A stretch of 32,000 nucleotides of DNA, from assembly GCF_001598795.1 (NCBI RefSeq), contig NZ_BCZP01000003.1, positions 150,001-182,000 on the forward strand, read 5' to 3'. Origin of the DNA: Delftia acidovorans NBRC 14950. Its GTDB lineage: Bacteria > Pseudomonadota > Gammaproteobacteria > Burkholderiales > Burkholderiaceae_C. The translations under genes were made by a program, and so were the position numbers. Position 1 is the stretch's first letter. Every line of letters begins with the position of its first letter. Shown piece after piece: positions 1-12,439 of this stretch. The notes under the pieces were generated by a model. That model was not told the DNA's origin and did not search any database. It saw only the letters and a list, made by a program, of their open reading frames with translations.

Positions 1-1988
<1,988 letters not shown>

Positions 1989-2051
1989 CAGTATAGGGGA
2001 TGGCAAGGCGCCCTTGCCCTGCGGGTTTGCCCAGGGGCCTGAAAGCCCTGC

Positions 2052-2714
2052 TCAGTCGAAGCCGCGCATCTGCGCCCATTCGGCCACCGGTGCGCGCGTG
2101 GCACGCCAGCCGTTGATGGGGGCATCCTTGTCCTCATAACCCAGCGCAATGCCGAAGGCCACGTGGTAGCCCTCGGGCAGCGCCAGCGCCTGGGTCACGG
2201 CGTCGTTGTAGCGGCGCCAGAAGCCCTGGGCGCAGGTGGCCAGGCCATTGGCGCAGGCCAGCAGCATGAAGGACTGCAGGTAGATGCCCAGGTCCACCCA
2301 TTGCGGCAGGCCCATGCGCTCGTCCACCGCCACGATCAGGCCCACGGGCGCGCCGAAGAACTGGCCGTTGCGCGCCAGCTGCTCCAGGCGCGCGGGCTTG
2401 TCGTCGCGCGGAATGCCCAGCGACTGGTACAGCTCTTCGCCATTGGCAAAGCGCCGGCTGCGGTAGGGCTCCCAAAGGTTGGGCGGGTAGGACAGACCGG
2501 GCTGGGCGTCCTGGGGCTCGGCTTCGGCAACGGCGGTCAGCAGCTGCTGCAGCGGCTCGCCCGTCAGCGCCAGCACGCGCCAGGGCTGCAGGTTGCCGCC
2601 CGAGGCCGCTTGTGCCGACTGTTCCATCAGGGAGCGCACCAGGGCCGCATCGGGCGACTGGGGCAGGAAGGCGCGCACGGAGCGGCGCGCATGCAAGGCC
2701 TGTTCAACGTTCAT
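2052..2714 (-). CDS. nitroreductase family protein
   Basis: 220-aa ORF with N-terminal RRSVRAF, GGNLQPW and a C-terminal GIALGY-type segment typical of the NADH/FMN nitroreductase fold. GC3 is high in this frame. Confidence 0.8.
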   Translation of the reverse strand: MNVEQALHARRSVRAFLPQSPDAALVRSLMEQSAQAASGGNLQPWRVLALTGEPLQQLLTAVAEAEPQDAQPGLSYPPNLWEPYRSRRFANGEELYQSLGIPRDDKPARLEQLARNGQFFGAPVGLIVAVDERMGLPQWVDLGIYLQSFMLLACANGLATCAQGFWRRYNDAVTQALALPEGYHVAFGIALGYEDKDAPINGWRATRAPVAEWAQMRGFD

Positions 2715-2776
2715 GCTGGTCGGAGTCTCCGGTCTTCTTGGGGGATCTTGGGGATCTTTGGTGATCTTGTGCAGGC

Positions 2777-3601
2777 CTACTTGCCCATGATCTGGTCGAT
2801 CTTGTCCTTCTGGAACGCCTGCGGGCGCTCGGACTCACAGGGCACGCAGTCGCCCACCTTGCTGCCGGCCGAGAGCTTGGCAATGGCCTCCCACAGCAGC
2901 GCGATCTGCTGCTCGTGCGCGGCCGCGCCGTCGCTCAGGCCGCGCATGGCCTGGGCCACGGGGTCCATTTCCTGGGTGATGCCGTAGGCCGTGAACGGCT
3001 GGGGCGCGGCAGAGGCCGGGACCTTGATGGACTCGGCCTTGGCAGATGCCAGGTCGTGCTCGGTCACATCGGCGCTGTGGCCGTTCTTGCTGGCGATGAT
3101 GCGCGCCGGAATGCCCACGGCCGTGGCGCCTGCGGGCACGGGCTTGATGACCACGGCATTGCTGCCGATCTTGGCGCCGTCGCCCACCTCGAAGCCGCCC
3201 AGCACCTTGGCGCCCGCGCTGACCACCACGTCGCGGCCCAGCGTGGGATGGCGCTTGGCGCCCTTGTACAGCGAGGTGCCGCCCAGGGTCACGCCGTGGT
3301 AGATGGTGCAGCCGTCGCCGACCACGGCCGTCTCGCCGATGACGACGCCCATGCCGTGGTCGATGAAGACGCGTTCGCCGATGACGGCGCCGGGGTGGAT
3401 CTCGATGCCGGTGAGCCAGCGGCCGATGTGCGAGATGAAACGCCCCAGCCACTTGAGGCCGTGGTTCCAGCACCAGTGCGCCGGGCGCTGCAACCAGATC
3501 GCATGCAGACCCGGATAACAGGTGATGACCTCCCAGGTGCTGCGTGCCGCAGGGTCGCGGTCGAGGATGCACTGGATATCGGAGCGCAGGCGGTCAAGCA
3601 T
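2777..3601 (-). CDS. cysE: serine O-acetyltransferase
   Basis: 274 aa. It has [52 protein letters not shown] hexapeptide repeats, then [20 protein letters not shown]. Confidence 0.9.
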   Translation of the reverse strand: MLDRLRSDIQCILDRDPAARSTWEVITCYPGLHAIWLQRPAHWCWNHGLKWLGRFISHIGRWLTGIEIHPGAVIGERVFIDHGMGVVIGETAVVGDGCTIYHGVTLGGTSLYKGAKRHPTLGRDVVVSAGAKVLGGFEVGDGAKIGSNAVVIKPVPAGATAVGIPARIIASKNGHSADVTEHDLASAKAESIKVPASAAPQPFTAYGITQEMDPVAQAMRGLSDGAAAHEQQIALLWEAIAKLSAGSKVGDCVPCESERPQAFQKDKIDQIMGK

Positions 3602-3636
3602 CTAGGGGCTGGTTATTGTTGACAAGACCGCTCAGT

Positions 3637-4446
3637 CTAGCGTTTCGGTGGGGTGCTCTGCAGCATGGCCTTCGCAACACCGCGCAGGATGTGGATTTCC
3701 TCGGCGGTCAGTTGCGAGCGGTTGAAAAGCTGGTTGAGGCGCGGCATCAGCTTCTTGGGCGCAGCCGGATCGAGAAAGCCGATATGGGCCAGCGCCTGCT
3801 CCCAATGGCCCAGCATGCCGGCCACCTGGGCCGCGTCGGCGCGCTGCGGCGCCGGCGTGTGCTCCACCACGGGAAAGCCGCCCAGCGCCTGGCGCCATTC
3901 GTAGGCCACCACCTGGATGGCCGCCCCCAGGTTCAGCGAGCCGAACTGCGGATTGGACGGAATCGACAGCGCCACATCGCTGCGGTAGACATCGTCGTTG
4001 CTCATGCCGAAGCGCTCGCAGCCGAACAGGAAGGCCACGCCCGACTGGTTGCAGCGCGGCGCGGGAGCCGGTGCGGACACGGATGCATCGGTGGGCGGCG
4101 CGGCCTCATCGGGCGCAGCCAGCACATCCAGCGCCCCGCTGAGCAGCAGCTCGAAATGCTGGCGCGGCGTGCGCGTGGGCGGACCGAAGTCGCGCGGCGT
4201 CATGGCCGTGGCGCACAGGTGGCTGATGCCGTCCAGCGCCTCCTCCAGCGTCTCGACCACGCGCGCATTGCCCAGCACGTCCAGCGCGCCGCTGGCCCGC
4301 TGGATGGTCTCTTCCTTGCGCAGCACGTTGGGCCAGCGCGGGCGCACCAGCACCAGGTCGTCAAAGCCCATGGTCTTCAGGGCGCGGGCGGCGGCGCCCA
4401 CATTGCCGGCGTGGCTGGTTTCTATCAGTACGAATCGGGTTTTCAT
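3637..4446 (-). CDS. trmJ: SpoU/TrmJ-type tRNA 2'-O-methyltransferase
   Basis: [34 protein letters not shown] is the classic TrmJ N-terminus. I chose the internal ATG at 4446 rather than the track start at 4554. It lies upstream of cysE and divergent from suhB, a common arrangement. Confidence 0.85.
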   Translation of the reverse strand: MKTRFVLIETSHAGNVGAAARALKTMGFDDLVLVRPRWPNVLRKEETIQRASGALDVLGNARVVETLEEALDGISHLCATAMTPRDFGPPTRTPRQHFELLLSGALDVLAAPDEAAPPTDASVSAPAPAPRCNQSGVAFLFGCERFGMSNDDVYRSDVALSIPSNPQFGSLNLGAAIQVVAYEWRQALGGFPVVEHTPAPQRADAAQVAGMLGHWEQALAHIGFLDPAAPKKLMPRLNQLFNRSQLTAEEIHILRGVAKAMLQSTPPKR

Positions 4447-4662
4447 GGCATCGCTGGCCTGCCGGCGCCGGCAGAGCCCCCAAGACGGGACAGGTTGCGC
4501 AGCACAAAACGGACAAGGCGGGTAAAATTGCGCGCTATTGTCGCCGCCCCGCATCGCCGGACGCGGCTTTTTCCGTTCTTACCCGCGTCAAACAGCCTGC
4601 TTTTGCCAGAGAGGACCGTCCTCTCCTTGCACAGCCGCTGCTCCGCCTACGCCTCACAATCT

Positions 4663-5577
4663 ATGTCGACCAACCTGCATCCCATGCTCAACGTGGCCAT
4701 CAAGGCCGCACGCGCCGCCGGCGCCATCATCAACCGCGCGGCTCTTGACGTGGAATCCGTGCGTGTCGCACAAAAGCAGGTCAACGACTTTGTGACCGAG
4801 GTGGACAAGGCGGCCGAGCAGGCCATCATCGAAACCTTGCTGGGCGCCTACCCGGGCCACGGCATCCTGGCCGAGGAATCGGGCAACGAGTTCGGCGCCA
4901 AGAACTCCGACTACGTCTGGATCATCGATCCGCTGGACGGCACCACCAACTTCATCCACGGCTTCCCCGTGTACTGCGTGAGCATTGCCCTGTCCTTCAA
5001 GGGCAAGGTGGAGCACGCCGTGGTGTACGACCCCTCGCGCAACGACCTGTTCACGGCCACGCGCGGCCGCGGTGCCTACCTGAATGACCGCCGCATCCGC
5101 GTGTCCAAGCGCATCCAGCTCAAGGACAGTCTGATCTCCACCGGCTTCCCCTTCCGCCGTGGCGACAACTTCAAGCAATACATGAACATGCTGGGCGACG
5201 TGATGCAGGAAACCGCAGGCGTGCGCCGCCCCGGCGCCGCCGCGCTGGACCTGGCCTACGTGGCAGCCGGCTTTGCCGACGGCTTCTTTGAAAGCGGCCT
5301 GCAGATCTGGGACGTGGCCGCCGGCAGCCTGCTGGTGACCGAGGCCGGTGGCCTGGTCGGCAACTTCACGGGCGAGGCGGATTTCCTGGAGCAGAAGGAA
5401 TGCCTGGCGGGCAATCCGCGCATCTATGGTGCGCTGGTCGGCATCGTTGGCAAGTACAGCAAGTTTGCTTCGGCTGGTGAGAAGGCTGGTGTGCGGCAGG
5501 CGCTGTCTGATTCTGGAGAGGCGGCTCCCGTCGCTGATGCTGAAACTGCTGAGTCTGAGCAGCAGCCTGAGGCCTGA
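4663..5577 (+). CDS. suhB: inositol monophosphatase family protein (SuhB-like) with an acidic/Ala-rich C-terminal tail
   Basis: From the ATG at 4663: [20 protein letters not shown]...[10 protein letters not shown]...ILAEESG...[15 protein letters not shown]...[13 protein letters not shown]. The 677-aa track ORF is an upstream read-through of this frame. Confidence 0.9.
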   Translation: MSTNLHPMLNVAIKAARAAGAIINRAALDVESVRVAQKQVNDFVTEVDKAAEQAIIETLLGAYPGHGILAEESGNEFGAKNSDYVWIIDPLDGTTNFIHGFPVYCVSIALSFKGKVEHAVVYDPSRNDLFTATRGRGAYLNDRRIRVSKRIQLKDSLISTGFPFRRGDNFKQYMNMLGDVMQETAGVRRPGAAALDLAYVAAGFADGFFESGLQIWDVAAGSLLVTEAGGLVGNFTGEADFLEQKECLAGNPRIYGALVGIVGKYSKFASAGEKAGVRQALSDSGEAAPVADAETAESEQQPEA

Positions 5578-5604
5578 TTTCGGCTTCTCCTGTCTCTCTC
5601 TTTA

Positions 5605-5632
5605 AAACAGCTCCTTCAAGGGGCTGTTTTTC
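5605..5632 (+). terminator. intrinsic terminator downstream of suhB
   Basis: The stem is AAACAGCTCC / GGGGCTGTTT (one G.U pair), the loop is TTCAA, and a T-run (TTTTT) follows. It begins 28 nt after the suhB stop. Confidence 0.7.
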
Positions 5633-5658
5633 ATTGGGCCTTTGGATTTGGGACGGGG

Positions 5659-5975
5659 CGCTTGTTTTTGTCCCTGCCGGGGGGGTGTTTTTCGAGGCCG
5701 GGTCTCGGCCCGGCGGCCGACCTACCTTTCTTTGATTCGTCAAAGAAACGTAGGCCAAAGAAAGACGACCCGAATGTCCACGTCCCTTCGCTTCGCTGCG
5801 GGCAACCTGCGCCGGGCCGCCTGCGGGGTTCGCCGTGAAACTCACTTCGCGCTGCGCGCTACGTTCAAACAATCACGGCGAGTCAGATCACGAGGCAGTC
5901 CTGTCCTTCGGCAGGACTGCAACCCCGCAGGCGGCCCGACGCAGGCGTGGGCATACGGGAGGGGTGAGAGGGGGC
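5659..5975 (+). repeat. structured intergenic repeat, copy A (inverted partner at 18325-18640)
   Basis: It aligns along its whole length with the reverse complement of 18325-18640. Internal helices are 5721-5735/5740-5754, 5807-5830/5921-5944, 5831-5838/5873-5880 and 5895-5903/5912-5920. Confidence 0.85.
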
Positions 5976-6021
5976 CACGGTCAGGGGCAGCATGCTGCCC
6001 ACTGCACGTTTGCCGCCTCTT

Positions 6022-8124
<2,103 letters not shown>

Positions 8125-8469
8125 GAAAGGACTCCTGGGTGCTGATAAGCGTTGATGCGTGGATCTGCCGTGGGCTGGGATTCTCGCGGGGGTTGAATGA
8201 GGGTTGATGACAATTGGAATGTACGAAGACAATCGTACTATCTTCCGCAACTTCTTGCAGAACGATTCATGTTTTCACCACGCCATGCCCCTGTCTGCCA
8301 GATAACTGCCCGCGCCACGCCGCATCAGCGACGTGCGGCATTGCTTCCATGGCACAGTGGCGCCCCATCGACAGGATTGCGACTTGCGCAAGAAGGAACG
8401 CCACCAGCGTTCTTCCACAGGGCGCAGCGCGTTGCTGCAACCTGTTTGCACAAGTCCTGAGGACGATTC

Positions 8470-8820
8470 ATGCTTGCCAACCACCCCGACCGCGAACAGA
8501 TACGCCTGGAAAACCTGCTCAACGCCCTGGGCAACCCCCTGCGCCTGGCCGTGGTGCGCGCGCTGGCCGCAGGCCATGAGCGCGCCTGCGGCTCGCTGCT
8601 GCAGGGCCAGTCCAAATCCACCATGACCCACCACTGGCGCGTGCTGCGCGACAGCGGCGTGATCTGGCAGCGCCCCGATGGCCGCGAAAACCTGCTTTCC
8701 CTGCGCCGCGAAGACCTGGATGCGCGCTTTCCCGGCCTGCTGGATGCGCTGCTGCAGGCCCTGGCCGAAGACCCGCTCACCGAACAGGCCACGGCGACCC
8801 ACCTCAAACCCTGCCCCTGA
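8470..8820 (+). CDS. ArsR/SmtB-family winged-helix transcriptional regulator
   Basis: 116 aa. LNALGNPLRLAVVRALAAG...STMTHHWRVLRDSGVI is the typical ArsR HTH core. RBS GAGGA lies 6 nt upstream. Confidence 0.8.
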   Translation: MLANHPDREQIRLENLLNALGNPLRLAVVRALAAGHERACGSLLQGQSKSTMTHHWRVLRDSGVIWQRPDGRENLLSLRREDLDARFPGLLDALLQALAEDPLTEQATATHLKPCP

Positions 8821-8857
8821 AGCCAGGCCCCTGCAACGCAGGCGGCAGCCCTGCGCC

Positions 8858-9241
8858 CTACCCTTTCACGGCAAGCGCCACAGCAACGCCCTCATCCGCA
8901 AACCGCTTGGCCGCCTTGAGCAGATAGCTCACGGCATAGAGGATGGGGTCATCGGCCTCGTCGCCATTCAGATGGTCCACCACCTCGACGGCATAGCCTA
9001 AATCCACCGCCGTGTCGTGCAGCAGGCCCAGCAGCTCCTTGTCCTGCGGCTCCAGCGACTGCGCCTGATCGGCCTTGGCGTAGTAGATGCGCAGCAGGTC
9101 GCGGCACACGCAGTTGATGGCCGTGACCTTGTGGCTGGCGTGCAGCTCCAGCACTTCGAGGGCAGCGCCCAGGTGCAGGACGGCGTCGATGGCCAAGTCG
9201 TCGAGGTTGGGTTGAGAAACGGTGCGGATGTCTTGATCCAT
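8858..9241 (-). CDS. hypothetical small, predicted helical protein
   Basis: Internal ATG at 9241 preceded by GAGGAGG. GC3 is high in this frame. I recognise no family. It is divergent from the XRE gene. Confidence 0.6.
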   Translation of the reverse strand: MDQDIRTVSQPNLDDLAIDAVLHLGAALEVLELHASHKVTAINCVCRDLLRIYYAKADQAQSLEPQDKELLGLLHDTAVDLGYAVEVVDHLNGDEADDPILYAVSYLLKAAKRFADEGVAVALAVKG

Positions 9242-9382
9242 CGAAGCCTCCTCTGATGATTGAAGCCTGCGTCTCGGCCTCGTACCAAGCTGTGCCCGAT
9301 GCAAGGCAGCAGCAGCCCAAGATCAACAAAAGAGTTAAATATAACGTGGTTTAAATTGCATCAAAAACTGACGCTCTTGCCC

Positions 9383-9670
9383 ATGCAAAAGCGTCCTGTC
9401 AAACGCGGCCGTCCAGTCGGCGCCACTTCATTCGATGCAGACATTGCCCGGGCTTTCGGCGCGGCGGTACGCGCCCTTCGCACCGAGCGCGGCATCTCCC
9501 AGGAATCATTGGCCAACCTCGCCGACATCGAGCGTTCTCACATGGGCAAGGTGGAGCGTGGGGAGCACATGCCCACGCTGGTCATCGTGTTCAAGATTGC
9601 GCGGGGGCTGGGGTGCAGTGCGGCGGAGGTGATGAGAGCAGCCGAGGACGTGCTGCGAGTTGTAAGTTAG
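9383..9670 (+). CDS. XRE-family helix-turn-helix transcriptional regulator
   Basis: From the ATG at 9383: ...LRTERGISQESLANLADIERSHMGKVERGEHMPTLVIVFKIARGLG, a Cro/C1-type HTH. Its stop coincides with the sharp drop in GC at 9671. Confidence 0.75.
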   Translation: MQKRPVKRGRPVGATSFDADIARAFGAAVRALRTERGISQESLANLADIERSHMGKVERGEHMPTLVIVFKIARGLGCSAAEVMRAAEDVLRVVS

Positions 9671-10036
9671 CGTTCGACATAGCGAAGGTCAGCAGTTAGC
9701 ACCAACCAAGCCAAGCCGAAGAATCAAGTTGGTCGCACTAGAAAAGCGTTGACTCACATGCTCGATACTCAGTGCACCATTTACAGTGTTATCTCCACGG
9801 TAGTTATGAAATTTTCTTCACCAAGAGCCAAGCTAGAGTAGCGTCAGATGGCTCACCGCAAGCCCTACTCGCAGGATTACTCCATGATGCATCTACAATC
9901 TTGCCTAACGCTGATATATTATCTAGTCAAAGTAAAAAACGCAGACAGTTTTTCCCACGACTTGCTTGAAGATCTGTCTTCTACATAACTCCACTGACTC
10001 TCTAGCAATTTTTATATTAACCTTGAAAGACAGAAT

Positions 10037-11068
10037 ATGAGCAGATACGCACTTTGGAATAATAAAGGAGGAGTCGGCAAGAGTTTCCTCACTTTCTCAC
10101 TTGCTTGCGAGTATGCGTTAGAAAACCCTGACGAGGATGTTCTGGTGCTTGACTTATGTCCTCAAGCCAATCTTACCGAGATGTTTCTGGGTGGAAAAGA
10201 GGCATCCGCAACGGCTCTCAATGATTTTTATGGAGAGAAACCTCGTCGCTCCATCGGAGGATATTTTGAAGCACGACTAACATCTCCATTTGTCTTACTA
10301 CCAAGTATCAGCGAATTTCTGTGCAAACCGTCGATTATTAATAATAATATTCCAGAAAATATTACCTTAATGGCCGGCGATAACCTGCTAGAGCTTTTGG
10401 CAGAAGCAATTCGAGGAGTCGCGCAACTTCCACTCCCATCAGACGCGTGGGCTAAAGTCATGCGCTGGCTCATTGATTTAGTCCGAACTTTTACAGAAAC
10501 AAGCACGGCGTCGGATGTTGTTACTTTTGTAGACTGCAATCCCAGCTTTTCAATGTACACGCAAATTGCCTTGTGTTCAGCCGAAAACCTCATAGTTCCC
10601 TTCACTGCTGACGACAGTTCTCGCCGCGGAATTGAAAACGTTTTCGCCTTACTTTATGGAATGGCATCCTCAGAGTTACAAGGATATGCTCGCCTTAGCT
10701 TTTCCAAGCGCTCGATGGATGAGGGAATCGATCTACCGCGCATCCATACATTTGTGAGCAATAGAGCCACATTCTATCGAGGCAAACCCAGCTCTGCCTT
10801 TGAAGCCAAAAGCGCCCCGATTAAAGAGTTGGTTAAAAACGCTTCCATTACTGGCAAACGGCACTTTGTAAACCATAGAAAGCAGTCAGATCTCTTTGCA
10901 GAAATGCCAGACTATCACTCTGTCGCAGTTGTGGCATCCTCTGAAGGGTGCCCTCTTTCCAAGATGCAATCAGGACACCATAATATTGACGGTGAAGTTG
11001 TACAAGTCAACCTAATCGCTATTAACAAATACCTAAAAGCCATTAACAAGCTCGTCCAAAGGCTCTAA
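10037..11068 (+). CDS. ParA/MinD-superfamily (SIMIBI) ATPase with a deviant Walker A
   Basis: 343 aa. It has WNNKGGVGKS (signature Lys10 and Lys15), VLVLDLCPQANLT (Walker A'/switch) and VTFVDCNPSFS (Walker B-like). It is longer than canonical ParA, with a distinctive C-terminal third. Confidence 0.85.
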   Translation: MSRYALWNNKGGVGKSFLTFSLACEYALENPDEDVLVLDLCPQANLTEMFLGGKEASATALNDFYGEKPRRSIGGYFEARLTSPFVLLPSISEFLCKPSIINNNIPENITLMAGDNLLELLAEAIRGVAQLPLPSDAWAKVMRWLIDLVRTFTETSTASDVVTFVDCNPSFSMYTQIALCSAENLIVPFTADDSSRRGIENVFALLYGMASSELQGYARLSFSKRSMDEGIDLPRIHTFVSNRATFYRGKPSSAFEAKSAPIKELVKNASITGKRHFVNHRKQSDLFAEMPDYHSVAVVASSEGCPLSKMQSGHHNIDGEVVQVNLIAINKYLKAINKLVQRL

Positions 11069-11670
11069 TGTCCTCTGCTGCACTGACAAAATTTAAAGAG
11101 TCGGTCATAGGTGCCCGAGTAATGCATAGCTTTGTTGGCACAACTAGCACAGCTAGTACCACTCAGGAATTCACCGATCAAGTCCTGCTCAAAGGCGGAG
11201 TTGCACTGACAGTAGGTTGCTGGGAAGGATACTTAGAGGAAGTAATTAAGGAGTTTGTATCCAAAACTCGTGTACAAGCTCATAGAAAAGCATGGACACT
11301 AATTGTCCAGTTTGAATCTCTAGTTCAGAAAATTACAGCCGAACTTAACACCCCTAGCTGGGAAAAAGCAAGGGAGCTAATTTACAATATCACGGGAATG
11401 GACCCCTATGCCTCCTGGATATGGACCCCAAAATTTAACACACAGAATGATACTCAAGCATTCATGAAAGGAATCATGGATGTCCGCCACTCCTTCGCCC
11501 ATGGTTTCGCCACTCCAAACAACATCCCTGGACTTAACAGTCCAGGAATTCTGGACTCAGCATATTTGCATGATGCAATATTGCTCCTAACCTTTCTGGC
11601 AGAAACCACTGACGAACTACTTCGACATGAACTTACCCATCGCCACGGATGCGCCACCGGCTGGAACTAA
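11068..11670 (+). CDS. hypothetical protein with an Rx4H motif (candidate HEPN-like RNase domain)
   Basis: 200 aa. Its start overlaps the upstream stop (TAATG). It has motif R140-HSFA-H145-G (DVRHSFAHG) in a predicted helical protein, with an upstream CWEGYLEEVIKEF helix. It has no TM segment or signal peptide. The family assignment rests on motif recognition only. Confidence 0.55.
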   Translation: MSSAALTKFKESVIGARVMHSFVGTTSTASTTQEFTDQVLLKGGVALTVGCWEGYLEEVIKEFVSKTRVQAHRKAWTLIVQFESLVQKITAELNTPSWEKARELIYNITGMDPYASWIWTPKFNTQNDTQAFMKGIMDVRHSFAHGFATPNNIPGLNSPGILDSAYLHDAILLLTFLAETTDELLRHELTHRHGCATGWN

Positions 11671-11940
11671 CCTCATATAATTTCAAATCATCCCCCTTTC
11701 CATAACAATTCAAAATCATGGAAATTTCAAACCCTCCACCATTAATATAAAAATATTTAAGCAGACATCAGATAAAATACGAGATTCCAATATACACATA
11801 TTTAGATCTTTTCTACCCAATGGATTCCGCTCTAGGAGATGTAATTGCACTTCATCCAATCGAAGTTGCAAAAAACAATTGACAAATTCTGTCACTCCCC
11901 CAAAAACCTTTCTACCCCGATGGTGCTGCTCACAACCACT

Positions 11941-12226
11941 AGCCGCTCCCCCGGGCCTTCTTGCATGTACAACACATGACGCCAAGCTATGGCAAGCAGC
12001 CACCACATGAGTGTCTCTCTAGGTTGTGACACTCACCGTCCCCTGACTGAGCATCACCCAGTCGACCGGCGATTCGTGCGAGATGCCGAGGTAGTGCCGA
12101 CTGGCGCGATGATGCTCTTTCTGATTGCGGGGGGATGCAGCTGCTGGCGAACCTGCTTCCGGCCGAGCGCTGGAGCGACCGATGCCTAGCCACAGTGAAC
12201 CGCAACTATATGATCCTGATGCTGCC
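11941..12226 (+). pseudogene. decayed copy of the promoter-proximal region and 5' end of the fatty-acid hydroxylase/desaturase gene at 15367
   Basis: It aligns by eye with 15332-15627: CCCCCGG(G)CCTTCTTGCA..ACA.GACATGAC ... TTCCGGCCGAGCGCTGGAGCGACCG ... GACCGCAACTA.A.G.TCCTGATGCTGC. It contains an in-frame TAG right after the core plus indels. Confidence 0.7.
12157..12181 (+). repeat. 25-nt identical core, left copy (TTCCGGCCGAGCGCTGGAGCGACCG)
   Basis: It is a perfect match to 15557-15581, embedded in otherwise clearly diverged homologous flanks. Confidence 0.9.
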
Positions 12227-12439
12227 CCGACTCAGTACACCAACCAACCTATGTAACCCACGGGCTTGGCTACTCCGACATGAATGTCAATCAACGAGCG
12301 TACATTAATGGCTGTATTCACTAGCGAGCAGAAATACTTCAACCGGCTGCAATGAATCATTCTCTGCAGGCGCTCTTGCCGACGCCAACGGGCTGCATAT
12401 TTGTTTTTTCCAATATTTGCTGTACAGCAAATATTTTGG

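Noticed and set aside
3544-4662. Upstream 373 codons of the 677-aa suhB track ORF
   Set aside because: This part is antisense to trmJ and has a shadow composition. SuhB similarity begins at [14 protein letters not shown] (ATG 4663).
9772-9969. 65-aa ORF (GTG start) in the AT-rich leader of the ParA-like gene. Also 12232..12453 (73 aa) and 14380..14679 (99 aa) in island spacers.
   Set aside because: They have no RBS, atypical starts and unconvincing composition. One overlaps the muramidase 3' end. I treat them as non-coding spacers, but a small RNA or micro-ORF cannot be excluded. One example is the 25-codon hydrophobic minus-strand ORF MELAILWGALINLAALARCTARVSQ at 14363-14440.
11623-11640. 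Second Rx4H string (R186-HELT-H191) near the C-terminus of the HEPN-like protein
   Set aside because: It lies in the last 15 residues, in a His/Arg-rich tail (LRHELTHRHG). It is more likely chance than a second catalytic site. The call rests on R140/H145 only.
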